Shown: one piece after another, positions 30,748 through 46,821 of the stretch
How positions within the stretch are numbered: the first letter of the stretch is position 1
Layout: every line of letters starts with the position of its first letter
Source of the DNA: Eledone cirrhosa
Taxonomy: Eukaryota
DNA length: 64,000 nt
Direction of reading: 5' to 3'
NCBI GenBank assembly: GCA_964016885.1
Contig: OZ024740.1
Coordinates: forward strand, 296,670,001-296,734,000
Position numbers and translations under genes: made by a program
The notes under the pieces: model-generated
Database searches by the model: none
What the model saw: the letters and a program-made list of their open reading frames with translations, nothing else
Told to the model about the DNA's origin: nothing

Positions 30748-30817
30748 CTTTTAACACTTTCAATGTAGTCTGAGCTTTCATCAATTTGTGCATTCACACA
30801 TTTACCCATGGCAGTTT
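30748..30817 (-). CDS. CYP4V-like: CYP4-clan P450 exon B (70 bp; ETAMG motif)
   Basis: cttcAG|AAACTGCCATGGGT...GTTAAAAG|GTaggt. Translates ETAMGKCVNAQIDESSDYIESVKR, in frame with both neighbouring exons. Not in the ORF track. Confidence 0.93.
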
Positions 30818-30832
30818 CTGAAGTAATAAGTA

Positions 30833-33080
<2,248 letters not shown>

Positions 33081-33109
33081 GTGGGAAAGGTGTGTGGGTA
33101 TTAGGGAGG

Positions 33110-33176
<67 letters not shown>

Positions 33177-33679
33177 TCATCATCATTATCATCCTCTTCC
33201 TCACCATAATATATATACGGACACTCTATCTCAAAATTATTTTTGAAAAGCATTTAGAAATGCGCAACCGGTAAAAACTTAAAAACTTAAAACTACAACT
33301 GAATACTAACCCATACAATCACTAATACTCTTTTATTCCTAATTAAACCATTTTTCAACTGTGAACAATTTGTCAGCATTTTCTATTCCGTTTACCAATA
33401 TATATATATATATATATATATATAAGGGATAACAAAATATTGTTATAGGTGATCCAGTTAGAGGTTGTGAATACTTCGTATTGTGGATAGTTTTAGCGTA
33501 CGGCGTTGTTTGACTCAACAAGAGCTTTCCGTAGGTGGCGAGTTTATGAGTTCTTTTGCATTCCTATGTAAGTTTATCTTGGAGTAATAATATTGAAAGA
33601 GTGAAGAATAACATGGTCAACAGTACAAAAAAGGATTTTATTTATAGTCTTAACTGATTAAGAACACTTGAATTTGATA

Positions 33680-34310
33680 ACCTGCAGGGAGGAATTTATA
33701 GAGACGATATATTACTTTTAGCTAAAAACCTAAATAATCAAACCTTGGAAAGATTACGTAAAACGATTAGAACATTCTTCAATAAATTAGGCCTGAACAT
33801 CACTTTTTAACTCAACTCTAAAAAAGCTAACTTCTTAGATGTATCACTTAACCTAAACACAGGATTAATAGAACCCTTCCATAAAAAGAACGAAAATCTA
33901 GCTTACATTAATTATAACTATAATCACCCTCGCTCCATAATTAACTCCATGGCACATAGTATATCCCTTAGAATTTCACGCTTATCTTCTAATCTAGAGA
34001 TTTTTAACGAACACGCTAACTACTACAACATAGCTTTACTTAAGGCAGGCCATAAAAAGAGGCTCCAATAAATGCCAGATACAAAAAATAACACACTTAA
34101 CAGAAATAACACTATCCGCACCTATAGAAACAACAAATCTAGGACTAAACATAGAAATTGGCAACCAGCACCAGAAACAATTGAACCGAATACTAATATA
34201 AAAACCACTAGAAACTATAGAAGATGCAGAGATAGAAAATACTTATAGTTCAATCCAATATTTAACTCCTCTATAAAAACCAAAGTACCTTATACTTTCT
34301 TTAAATTAAT
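33680..34310 (+). mobile_element. Penelope-like RT fragment (YRDD type)
   Basis: GGIYRDD, NFLDVSLNL and NHP...SLRISRLSSN remnants. Preceded by a deleted copy (33594-33672) of the 30939-31045 terminus. Confidence 0.8.
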
Positions 34311-35282
34311 AGTCCTGTTATGACAAAAATCACCCAGTACTCACTGTAAATGTGGTTGTCGTTAGGAAGGGCATCCAGCCATAGAACTCAAGTCAAAATC
34401 GTTTCTATATGAAAGAGACATGGTCCTCTGACCTTGACTTGCCTCAAATAGGACAACCCATCTAACCCATGCTAGTGTGGAAAATGGACGTTAAACGGTG
34501 ATGATGATGATAATGATGATGATAAATATATATATGTATATATAAATATATGATAATGATGGTGGCTGCAACTCGATTTCGAGTAATGCCATCGCTTAAT
34601 ACTTAAGCAGGAGCATCACGGATGTGGCTTTCTAATCCTGCTAAGGACTACCATGCATTGCAAAACATGTCACATATCAAGCAATGCCTGCACTTGAAGC
34701 TTTTTTAAGTGATGAAAGGCTTTCTACTGGGCCAATGCCACTTTCAGAAAATCCAATGCATTTTCCCAAAAAGAAGAACTGGTCTATATTATTGGATGAA
34801 AATGAAATCGCAGGTTTTATATTAGAGTGACCTTCGAGAAAGATGTCTTAATGACGACTAGGAGTCTCTCACTCCACAAAAAAAAAGTTTATATATATAT
34901 ACTAATATATATATAAGTATATATGTTGCAACTGTTCACTTTTAAGCTCTATGAAGAATTAATAAATTAAAATCAAAAAATCAGAGCATTATATCATAAA
35001 TCATGTCTTTAGAATCATCAGATATTAAAATATATACTATTTCTTCTTCTAATTAGCATAATTAACCATATACAAAGTCCATCCTAGCAATAATCTCCCA
35101 ATTGATTGAGATTAAATTTGGCGATATATGGCTGCTCTTTCTAGCAGCAAGCCTACCCGCCGTAAGCAACCAATCACACTCTTTCTCTCTGGCTGGTACA
35201 CAGCTACATAGCGATTTTTAGCCATTTTTTAATCTCAATTTGGCGGGATCGGATAGAAAAACTAGATGTCTGATTTTGAGTT

Positions 35283-35360
35283 TATCTCCTGATGAAACCT
35301 AACTCTGGACATCCATATTATTTGGAAGTCCTAAATAAGGAAGAAACCATGGTAGAGATA
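35283..35360 (+). ncRNA. Type I hammerhead ribozyme, tandem copy 1
   Basis: tatctc CTGATGA aacct...ggac..tcca..tgga.gtcc...agg aa GAAA ccatgg TA^gagata. Perfect 6-bp stem I and palindromic stem III; the base of stem II is unpaired. Confidence 0.7.
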
Positions 35361-35952
35361 TAATTACGGTATGTACGCATTTCTTATAAGTTTAATTTTA
35401 CTACTAATTGTGTGTGGTTGATGGTATATTTGGTCAGATTCTAATTGCTGTCGAAATGTTGGATAAATAATGAGACGGGGCCGACGCGAAGAGGCTACGA
35501 TCGATTATTTGTCGGAGATTTCCCCATAAGAGAATTTATTCTTATAGCTTTTTAGGATGGACTTTGTATATGGTTAATTATGCTAATTAGAAGAAGAAAT
35601 AGTATATATTTTAATATCTGATGATTCTAAAGACATGATTTATGATATAATGCTCTGATTTTTTTATTTTAATTTATTAATTCTTCATAGAGCTTAAAAG
35701 TGAACAGTTGCAACATATATATATCTTTAACTTTATGTATATGATAACCTTTATGTTTAATAATCTCCCAATTGGTTGAAATTAAATTTGGCGATATATG
35801 GCTGCGCTTTCTAGCAGCAAGCCTACCCGCCGTAAGCAGCCAATCACACTCTTTCTCTCTGGCTGGTACACAGCTACATAGCGATTTTTAGCCATTTTTG
35901 AATCTAAATTTGGCGGGATCGGATAGAAAAACTAGATGTCTGATTTTGAGTT

Positions 35953-36030
35953 TATCTCCTGATGAAACCTAACTCTGGACATCCATATTATTTGGAAGTC
36001 CTAAATAAGGAAGAAACCATGGTAGAGATA
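35953..36030 (+). ncRNA. Type I hammerhead ribozyme, tandem copy 2
   Basis: Identical to 35283-35360, offset by 670 bp. Confidence 0.7.
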
Positions 36031-36321
36031 TAATTACGGTATGTACGCATTTCTTATAAGTTTAATTTTACTACTAATTGTGTGTGGTTGATGGTATATT
36101 TGGTCAGATTCTAATTGCTGTCGAAATGTTGGATAAATAATGAGACGGGGCCGACGCGAAGAGGCTACGATCGATTATTTGTCGGAGATTTCCCCATAAG
36201 AGAATTTATTCTTATAGCTTGCTAGGATGGACTTTGTATATGGTTAATTATGCTAATTAGAAGAAGAAATAGTATATATTTTAATATCTGATGATTCTAA
36301 AGACAATGATTTAGGATATAA

Positions 36322-36361
<40 letters not shown>

Positions 36362-36380
36362 ATAGTAATATACGTGATAG

Positions 36381-37090
36381 TAATATACGTAATAATATAC
36401 GTGAACGGCAAAGCATAAATGAACTAAGGGAGAAATTAGGAATAAGAGGATCAGATGTTGTTTACTCGAGAGAAGACTACGTTGGTATGGTCACGTGATG
36501 CACATGAAAGACGACAGCTGTATAAAAAAATGCAGGGCGATAAAAATAGACGATAGCCACGGAGTAGGCAGACCCAGCAAAACCTGGAACGACTTGATAA
36601 ATTCCGACCTCATACACTTACACCTCTCCAAGACATATCACTGGACCGAGATCTTTGGCGCTACACAGTAATACAGAAGACCCGCCTTGCCTAAGTACAA
36701 AGCGAAACCTACAGTCAATAGGTACCTCTTAACAAAAATACACCCCCGTCCCACTACCCCCACCCCATCCACACCACCCCTTTCGATGTAAAGTTATGTT
36801 GGTACCACAACATCGAGTCCGAAATAAATGAGGTCGTGTAGGTGTCACGACAAATAAAACACACAGTCCACGCTGTAATGTGGCCGTGTAGGTAACACGG
36901 TAAAAACCTCCCAGTCCACACTGTAAACGTGGTTGGTGTTAGGAAGGTCATCCAGCCGTAGAAAACCCGCCAGACAGTCCTATACGAACAAGACAACCAA
37001 TCTTGCCTCATGTGGGAAAATTCCCGTCCAAACCCATGCAAGCATGGAAGATGGACGTTAAACGATGATGATGATGATGATGATGATGAT
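36381..37090 (+). mobile_element. RTE LINE 3' fragment (family of 1-2670)
   Basis: Highly similar to 1967-2670; (GAT)n(TA)n tail. Confidence 0.9.
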
Positions 37091-37091
37091 A

Positions 37092-37202
<111 letters not shown>

Positions 37203-37223
37203 TATATATATAAATATTTATAA

Positions 37224-37352
<129 letters not shown>

Positions 37353-37539
37353 GTGTTGTGCATAATTTAGAGACCAGCTACATTTTAGCTGTTACATTAT
37401 TATTAACCTTAGTATACACACACACAAGCGTGCAGATATCATCACACTTAATTTTTTTTTTCAGTCAGTACATCAGTACATACTCGTAAATCAACCATCA
37501 CATTATTTGTTGTATTTTATATATAATCGCTGCCATTTC

Positions 37540-37970
37540 AAGCAAAAAACGTGCAAATATCATTCCTCTTCATGAGGAATGCTATTCTTTAGCACCAAAT
37601 AACTCTACTACTGGGTGTTCAAAAAACACTTGCCCATAATGCAACAACAGGCACTCTTAACCCAAACAAATGACATGGAAGAACACACAAGATAAGTGTT
37701 CAAACAGATCTCACGATACACTGACGTGCACTGCCAAATCCAACTGCTTCCAGCTCATATATCCAAGCTCAATTTCTTCAGGACACAAACATATCATCTT
37801 CTACCATCTGACGATGGTGTGTCAAGGACTTTAATCTTCGGGATTTTAAGGCAGCTGCCAAGACTAAACTTTTAAATAAAAGCATCAAGGACCGTCTGTT
37901 GTTCTGCAACACTTATCGTCACTGGAATGCTGCTCAATGGGGTGAGGTAATGTTTAATGATGAAACATTA
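37540..37970 (+). mobile_element. Tc1/mariner transposase remnant
   Basis: Translates KDRLLFCNTYRHWNAAQWGEVMFNDET, matching the Tc1 RL.F...H..W...W..V.FSDE motif. Confidence 0.65.
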
Positions 37971-40036
37971 ATTAGACAATTTGCCCCTAATAATCATATA
38001 TAAGAAGACCATCTGGACAGCATTATAATTCTTGTTATGTGTATATAAAATAAAGTACCAGTAATACACTGGGTAATTCTTGTTATGTGTATATAAAATA
38101 AAGTACCAGTAATACACTGTGAAATTCTTGTTATGTGTATATAAAATAAAGTACCAGTAATACACTGGGTAATTGCTGGCCTTGTGCCTAACGTAGAAAC
38201 AATTATAATTCTTGTTATGTGTATATATATATATATAAAGTTAAGTTATGTCGGAACCACAACATCCAGTCCAAACTAATGAGATCGTATAAGTGTCACA
38301 ACAAAAAAACACACAGTCCACACTGTAATGTGGTCGTGTAGGTAACACGGTAAAAAGTTCCCAGTCCACACTGTAAATGTGGTTGGTGTTAGGAGGGCAG
38401 CCAGCCGTAGAAAACCTGCCAGATAGTCCTATACGAGCGAGACATAGTAACCCAACCAATCTTGCCTCAAGTGGGACAACTCCCGTCTAACCCATGCTAG
38501 CATGGAAGATAGACGTTCAACGATAATACTGATGATGATATATAAAAATGTTTGTATATATATATGTATATATATTATAAAGTGAAATGACAGGAGGCCA
38601 AATATTTGGCAGTTAAGAATGTTTGCTATATATAGTTGGGTTGTAGCTTGATGTTGTACCAATTTAGCAGAAAAGGAGAATTTTGTAATAATAGCAGGAA
38701 AAGAGGAGTTATTTGATGTGGTTGGGTATAGCCACGAAATCAGATGAATCTTTAATATAGTTGTTGTTGGCAAGTGAGTAAGTGAAGATTATCTCAGTGA
38801 GTCGAGAGAAGCTATGTCCTATTTAAGGGAACGAAAACTGTACTCACTTGTTGAGGTGAAATGATATTACTTTGGGAAAAAAATAATTGTTTCTACTTTA
38901 GGCCCAAGGCCAGCAATTACCCAGTGCTTACTGGTACTTTATTTTATCGACCCCGTAAGGATGAAAGGCAAAGTCAACCTCGGCGGGATTTGAACTCAGA
39001 TCGTAAAGGGACGTAACTATACTGGAAAGCATGGCGTCCGACTCTCTACCGATACTGCCAATCCACCGCCCGGAAAAAATAATGTTCCCATATCACGTCA
39101 GAAGAAATAGTTTTAGCATGTGTGCAGATTCAATGGGGGCAGATATATCAGAAGGCTGTTGAACGTTTTACAAAGGGTTTATTTTCAACCAAAAAAGATT
39201 ACAATAAAATTCTGCCGGCATGCCACATGAGTAAGTGAAACAAAAATGAAGTGTTGGAAGAAAGAGGTTGATCCCTTGCCAATAGGGCCAAAGTTTCTTT
39301 TTTAACGTTACCTCTTGCTAGTATCGACACGGGAATGTAAATAGGTCTTGTCTTCTCGAAGTGGATGCAGCAATTGTGTGAAGTCAAAAAAAGAAGCACA
39401 AATTTCTTAGTCGGGCGGAAGTAACAGTATATTCATGCGCAACTTACACGATTGGTCAACCAGTAACCAAATCATGCATAAAAGATTGTTGTTGCGAGAT
39501 ATGAAATAATGCTGCTACAAATATGTTGTATTTCCTTAATTATTAATCCTGCAAACACTATGCACATTTCAGTGACCAGGTTGTATAAGCATCCGGTGAC
39601 ATCTTCAGGTGTATATTGCGTAATAGATGTATACCAACAGAATGATGGTAAAGTTTAAGGAAACAAGCAAAAAAAAAACAGGGAAGAAAATAAATGTGCT
39701 TGTTTTTGACCCAGAGACGAAAGAAGCAGCATGTTGTGATAATGTCCTGCTGCCTCTGAGTGAATTATCTGTAACAGAACCTTCCTGTTAGTTTGCTAAC
39801 AGGGGGAATCACTACTACCTCTCAATTCTAATAACCTTCGGACAGCAAGCCAGAAAAGGGGAAGGGGTGAATAATATCGTGTTACAGAGAATTGTAAGCC
39901 TCCTGGGTCAAACTAAGGTCTATACACTCATGGAAAGTATACAACAGATGGAGGGAATTTAGGAACATATCAAGTAAAGAAGAATTCAGGTTATAATTGT
40001 TTAGAATTTAAAGTTTTAGGAATTGATCATTTAAAT

Positions 40037-40717
40037 CACAGGTTCTCAACCCATTTAGGCCAAACGCCCCCTTTTGTCCCTCGAAATCACGAAATGCCCC
40101 CCCCCCCCCGCCACCCTATGTTTTTCATTTTTCAATATACTGCTGATTTTTATATCAGTAGATTACTAAAAAATTGATTAACAACATTCCCAACATGTGT
40201 TTATTATCTGATTATGTGTTGTATGTGGTCCTAGATGTGTGTTCTACTCGCTTCTGTTTTTTTCTTTTCTTTTTTTTATTTGTAATATTATTTATACAAT
40301 AGGGAATAAAATAGATCTACATAGTGTTAACTCGTTACCGTTGAGTCAATAATTTCAGACATGAAATACATTGTTATCGGTGAAGGAAAGATAAGATTCT
40401 AACTGTCTGCGCTCAAAGTGTCTTTGACCCAGTTGACTGTGGGTTTTTCCATTTTTAGGATCTCAATTACCGGTTAACGTCTCAATTACCGCAGACAGCA
40501 TAACTATAGTCTGACCGCAGCTGTGAGCAGGTGTGCAGGCATGTCCGGTAATTGAGACGTTAACCGGTAATTGAGATCCTAAAAATGGAAAAATCCAACG
40601 CCCCCTAACCCCCTCCCCCAGTCCCCCCCCCCAACGCGACCTTGCTCCCAAACGCCCCCCCCCTGGAGTTCCTAAACTCCCCCCAGGGGTGCATATGCCC
40701 CCTGTTGAGAACCTTTC
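40037..40717. mobile_element. Non-autonomous hAT (Charlie-like) element
   Basis: TIRs CACAGGTTCTCAAC / GTTGAGAACCTTTC. Perfect 8-bp TSD ATTTAAAT at 40029-40036 and 40718-40725. Confidence 0.8.
40444..40593. mobile_element. Small fold-back/MITE with 48-bp perfect inverted arms, nested in the hAT element
   Basis: TTTTTCCATTTTTAGGATCTCAATTACCGGTTAACGTCTCAATTACCG and its exact reverse complement at 40546-40593. Confidence 0.8.
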
Positions 40718-41337
40718 ATTTAAATCAAAGGTTTTAAAATGTTTAAAATTTAATAAAATAGGTAGAGTCTACACAGTTGTCCAGTAAAGCACCGTATGCT
40801 AGGCAATCACCAATTAGAAAGACCAGTTACATAAATGATTCTAATTTTAGAGTTGTGTAAATCAGGTACCTAATAAACAAATAACATAATGTTAGTTAAG
40901 ATAAGCTAAGTCACTATCCACTTTGGGTTCCTCTTTTAATTCAATGTTATATTATACTATATTAGTAGTATGGTATGGTATGGAGGTTAACAACAACTGA
41001 AAATGGTGACCCCCCCCCCAATACACACAAGGCCCAAAGGCCCACCAACTATTCCAAGTATTACGGTATACCGTAGAAAAGGGAAATTTAATTTATTTCC
41101 AAGCACTCAAGGAGGTGGACAGACCCAGGGATCCCAAAGAGTAGGGGGGATAATTAATCGAATAAATATACATATAGTTAATGGTAAATATGCGAAAGAG
41201 TATTTAATGGAAAGTATAATGTATCAGGGACATGGGGAACTAACTGTTGAGGAACTACTTCTACCAAACTCGTCCCATGGATTGAGTGCTCTACTACTAT
41301 GGCTATAACCCACCAGTGTACTACTATTATATATATA

Positions 41338-41811
41338 TCTATATACATAAATGCCAATTTCTGTCTGTTCGTGTGTTTGTTTGTGAACCTAAAATTCAAA
41401 ACTACCAAACCTATCTTGATGAAACTTGACACCTGTGTGGGACTCATGCCCATTTGATTTATTACGTATATTTCATTCTAATCAAAGGGTTCCCCGGTTG
41501 CTCAAACCTCCGCTGAAAACCCTTGCTGAAAATGTTTTCCCTTCGATTTATATGAAATTTAGACCATCGGTAAATGACAGAATATGATGTCTATTCACAA
41601 AATTTCAGCAAATTTAAATAATATTAAGACACCCTAATGGGGGTTAAATCCCGTCTCCAGACCACTCGAGCAAAGCGTAAGCTGGTTTTTGATTAACTGA
41701 TGAGCGAAATTTGGCATATTTTGATTTCATTTTTGATCTGAGAGGCATTGGGCATTTTAATGGGAACTGGGAATACCCCAGCCCTCAGGTATTAACGGGT
41801 ACCTCAGTTAA
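41338..41811 (+). mobile_element. Probable non-autonomous Helitron
   Basis: 5' TCTATATACATAAATG..CTGTCTGT..GTTTGTTTG; degenerate 3' CGGGTACCTCAGTTA end. Confidence 0.45.
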
Positions 41812-41889
41812 TCCTTATCGAACCCTCTTTGGATTTTAGTCTTCAAATTTATTATTATTACTATTTGGCTCCCTCGGTTGAGCACTCTA

Positions 41890-44760
41890 TTGACTTATAT
41901 TCATCATGCAGAAACAACATCTGAATATTTATACAAAGAACATACCCGTACCAAGCAGGAAGACATACCTAAAACTCCTGATACAGAAAACAGACTCGTT
42001 CATTAAAATGTTGTGTTGGCGTGCCTTTTATTTCGATAATCAGGAAGAAGCGGACAATAAACAGGATAAATTTGGGTTTTAAACTTATAATAACCCTCCG
42101 AGTAACCCAGCATTGCTACCCTTCAAAAATGATGTCTTGGAACTCATACGGAGTATCAAATTTAGAAATAGGAGCAATTCCTTCCAGCAGGACCTGAAGA
42201 ATAGAATTCGTTCTATCAAAGATTCTAATGCCGTGCATGTCCATTCCGACAAAACTGGCAATCTATAGTGGAGCGCAGTACTTACCATCAACTGCTATAT
42301 AATGCTGTAACTAAGGATTAATGACATCAACGATGCTGGGTTTAAAATTACCTCTGAACTCAGCCAAGGGAATAGGTTGGACGCATTCGATTCCAGATGT
42401 CTACGAAAGATCCTGGGGATTAAATGGAGTGACCATGTAACAAACCAGGAAGTCAGGAAGCGCACCAACCAGCAGCTAGTCTCTTCTACCATCTCCAAGC
42501 GACGCCTGGGCTGGTTTGGACACGCTTTGAGACTCCCGAAGAGAGACCGGCGAACCAATTACTTAAATGGGGGCCGCAGGGAAGCAGACGGAGATGGCGA
42601 CCCAAAATGAACTGGCGCCAGACAGTTGAGAGGGACCTGCGAGCGACAAACAGACAATGGTGGGACGCTGTGCAACTGGCTGCTGACCGAACGCAATGGA
42701 ACATTATGATTGCCTCATGCGTCGCAAGACGCGGGAGCTTCTGAGTCTGAACTCAATATCCAAGACCGAACTGAACCTCTGGACCCTATTTCTCCCCACT
42801 TTACCCTGAAGGATCACAAACCCAATTTCCCCAACAACCCCTCTATTCGGCTTATTAACCCTACGAAGTCCGATTTAGGTAGACTTAGTAAAAGGATTTT
42901 AGATAGAATTATACCTGAAATTAGAAGCTTAGCCCTTCTTGCACTGTGGAACAATTCTTTCGCAGTGATTGATTGGTTCAACGGCATATGCAACAAGGAA
43001 CATCGCCATTTTATCCAATTCGACATCAATAATTACTATCCTTCCATCACTTTACCTCTTCATCTTAGAGCTATCAATTTCTCTAAAACACTCACGGTGG
43101 TTAAGGATTTCGCAGTTGATGTCATCCTCAATGCATACCCCATTCGACGTGAGTATGGCCGCCAGTGATTCCGCGGAGGTTACTGATCTTATCAGCCTTT
43201 TCCTTCATTTCTCTATCGAGGAAGAATTCCCCAATGTGGGCGGTGGTTTGTACCGTGATGACGGTATTTTGACCATGACAAAGTGCGGCCCACGCGCTTG
43301 CGAAAGGTTCAGAAAAGAACTCACAGCCTTCTTTAAAGGCTTCAACCTCTCCATACAGGTTGAGGCCAAACTCTCGGTCGTTAATTACCTCAACGTTACC
43401 CTCAATTTGTCGAATGAGTTGCACTACCCGTATAGAAAGCCGAATGATAAGCGTATTACATAAGTAAGCATTCTAACCATCCTGCCAGTATAACCAAGAA
43501 CCTGGTAAGAAACGTTTCTTTGAGGCTTTCCCGTCTATCTACAAACGAGCATATTTGCATCGACGATTCCACATATTACAATGAAGCTCTTGCTCGGAGT
43601 GGATTTGTCGTAAGGTAGCATATATTGAGTATGAACATAGACCAAGAAAATATAGATCCCAACGCATTATATGGTATAACCCACCATATAATATGGAGGT
43701 GGCAACACCATTAGCTAAGATCTTTCTCTCCCTTATTAAGAATCATTTCCCCCCCAGCACATAAATATAATAACATTTTTAATAGAAATACCATTAAAAT
43801 TTCTTACTCTACGACTCCTAACCTTGCACATAACACCACTGTTTCAAATTTAGCTAAATTACCTAGCTGTAGGAACACGTGCCACCATGTAGCTAGTAAT
43901 AATTGTAATTGTAGGAATCGGGTTGACTGCCCCTATCCGGGAAATGCCTCTCCAGTAACATTGTCTACAAATGTAAGGTTGAAACACCCAGGTCCCGTAT
44001 GGCCTACATAGGGTTAACCGCCAATAGATTCAAGAAGCGTCTTTACACGCACACCCATTCTTTTCTTAACCCTTTAAGAAAGAATATGACGTCTCTTTCA
44101 GCTTATATCTGGACTCTAAAAGACAACTACACCCAATATAGGTTACACTGGGAGATCCTAGCTAGAGCTAGATCGTATAACGGAAATAAAAAACCATGCG
44201 ACCTCTGCACCGCTGAAGCCCTGGAAATACTCTACGCCAATGACCACATCTTAAACAAAAAATCTGAGGCAATTTCGTCTTGTAAACATAAATTGCATAA
44301 AACTTTCCTGTATTACAGTCCCATTATCTAACGGATAGTAAAAACAATACGCGGATAATTTACGTCTTGATGTGTTAGCTAAGTATATTTTATGTTTATA
44401 CCATTACTTATTTGTATAGGTAAGTATATATTACCTGCATGTTTTGTAAAGGTACGTATACTTTCTCGTACGTATATTTGCTTGTATTTGTTATAGGTGT
44501 ATATATTATATTATATATATATTGGTACATGTGTATATGGTTATCTGTATACGTGTATTTTGAGTTTGTGTGTGTATGCGGGTTTGCACGTATGTAGGTT
44601 GTGTATATGTGTACATTGTGTTTTGTTTGTCGTACGTTTAGCGAACATACGTGTATTTACCTGTAGCTACGTGTGTGCGTGCGTTATATACGTAGTTATG
44701 TGTATATTTATATATGTTTTTAGTGAATTGGTTTATTGGTTTAATCTTCTCCGGAAGATA
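41890..44760 (+). mobile_element. Penelope-like element (YRDD RT plus GIY-YIG), decayed and near full length
   Basis: DKTGN, TLKDHK.NF..NP..RLINP.KS.LG, QFDI.NYYPSI, GLYRDDG, SNHP, WYNPPY, CNC, YIGLT, C.LC..E. Confidence 0.9.
42363..42745 (+). mobile_element. RTE 3' fragment nested in the Penelope-like element
   Basis: DAFDSRCLRKILGIKW..RRLGWFGH. 10-bp TSD TCTGAACTCA at 42353-42362 and 42746-42755. Confidence 0.88.
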
Positions 44761-45930
44761 CCGCTGGTAACCAACCACTAATTCAATAAGAAAGAAGATA
44801 TAGAGAGCTCCTCGACACAGACGCACCTACACCTGACAATAACTATATCGGCCTTAACAACTCCCTGGCAGCATCCAATAGTGTTGGCAACGGCATCCGC
44901 AGACGCAACCTGCATAACCGCGAAATGACTGAGGAACATGCAAGACATGACGTGCGGAATAACAATCACAGCACCCCGCGTGCTGTGGGTTGTAATGGTG
45001 CTAACGACAGCTGCGGTAGCGTAGGTAACAACGTAGGCAGCAACAATGATAGCCTTACCGTGGGAAATAGACGGAACCGCGACAGAAATTGCAACTGCCG
45101 CGACAGAGGACGCTGCCCCCTTAGAGGATACTACTTGATGGATAGGGTTATATATAGATGCACTACTACCAGCCACAATAGCGTTAAACATTATATAGGG
45201 GCTACCTCCGGCCCGTTCAAAATTAGGTTTCCAACACATCTCCACTCTTTCACAAATAGAAAACTAAGGCACTCCACTTCGCTCGCGGACTACATCACAT
45301 CACTAAAGGACTTAAACATCAGCTTCTCCACGCACTGGGAGATTGTCGGCAGGGCTGCACCGTACAACTTCAAGAGGAAATGCGATCTTTGCCTCATGGA
45401 GCTCTACCACATCATAACTGCACCCCACGAGCTCATCAACAGCAGAGCTGAAACAGCGATAAGTAGTACACATCGCTTAAAAATATCCTTCTTCAGATGG
45501 GTTAAGGATGAGGAGTGAAACCGTACACTGGATCTGCCTGCAATAAGTCTTAACACCCCGGCGGGCAGGCACTGCAAAATAACACCCAGGAAACAATCCT
45601 TGCGAACCAGACCCAGCCTCAGACAAACAGATGCGGCAAAAAAAAAAAAAAAATGTCCGGGAAAGACTGCCCTAACACCGGCCAGAGTTACCTCCCTTGA
45701 CCTGCTGCAAATTCAAAACAAGATATTTTTGCGAGCAATGAACTTTGATGTGGATTTAACCCCAAACACTCTTTCCGGGCAATATAAGGAACACTTGTGA
45801 TTATTTATGCCCTTGAGAATCCCAACTGGGCGAAACGTACGTAGGTGCTGTTTTAAATAAACATGTTTTAACGGTCTATTCTCCGATTTTTTACTTTCCC
45901 ACGTGCTTACGCTCTGCTAACTCTCTAGCC
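44760..45930 (+). mobile_element. Penelope-like 3' fragment (different family) with GIY-YIG
   Basis: ORF 44925-45518 has CNCRDRGRCPL, VIYRC, HYIGAT, CDLCLME and LINSRAE. Confidence 0.85.
45809..45848 (+). ncRNA. Minimal hammerhead ribozyme, U3:A8 variant
   Basis: gccc TTGAGAA t-ccc-aact-ggg-c GAAA cgtacg TA^ggtgc, followed by AATAAA. Palindromic stem III, weak stem I. Confidence 0.6.
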
Positions 45931-46364
45931 CACTAAATATTAACACTTCGAATATTTAATACTGCCGGCACTAGTATCGAGCACCTTTGGCATACGCTAC
46001 TTGGCAAATAACTATATGTATCACCTATACTCCCCTTTTTTTCTCTTTCTGGATACGTAAATACTGTATATATATATATATAGATATATATATATAAGAT
46101 ATATATATAGATATATACATATATATATATACACATATACACACATACACATATGTATACATATATATATATACACATACATGCACGAAGACGCCTTTAA
46201 TATCTGCACGTATGTGTATATGCGCATATGCCCGCTCGTAGATGTTCAATAAACACAGGCACATACACATACATGTGCGCACTCCTACTTGCAAAGAGTA
46301 ATAAATACACCTATATATGAACACATATATGTATATATACACACACATACATATATACACATAT

Positions 46365-46463
<99 letters not shown>

Positions 46464-46756
46464 AAAGATACAGAAGCAAAAACCAACCCCAAACCAAACA
46501 GTGAATGTGTTCTGTTATTATTTCTGGCAATATTATAACAATACGACCCTCCTCAAATATAACAATATATATATATATATATTTATATACACAGACTTAC
46601 ACGCATATATACATACATATACATATATACACACATACACAAACATAAGGATAAGGTATACCTACATATACAAATAAATAATGGTATAAAAATAAAATGT
46701 ACTTAGCTAAATAGCATGAAGCCCTCTTCAGATTTTAGTCTTCACATTTATTATTA

Positions 46757-46821
<65 letters not shown>

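Larger units (their letters stand above)
34919..36320. repeat. 670-bp tandem repeat with an inverted 5' arm, carrying hammerhead motifs
   Basis: 35090-35635 is repeated almost identically at 35760-36305. 34919-35090 is the reverse complement of 35549-35720. Flanked by (TA)n. Confidence 0.92.
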
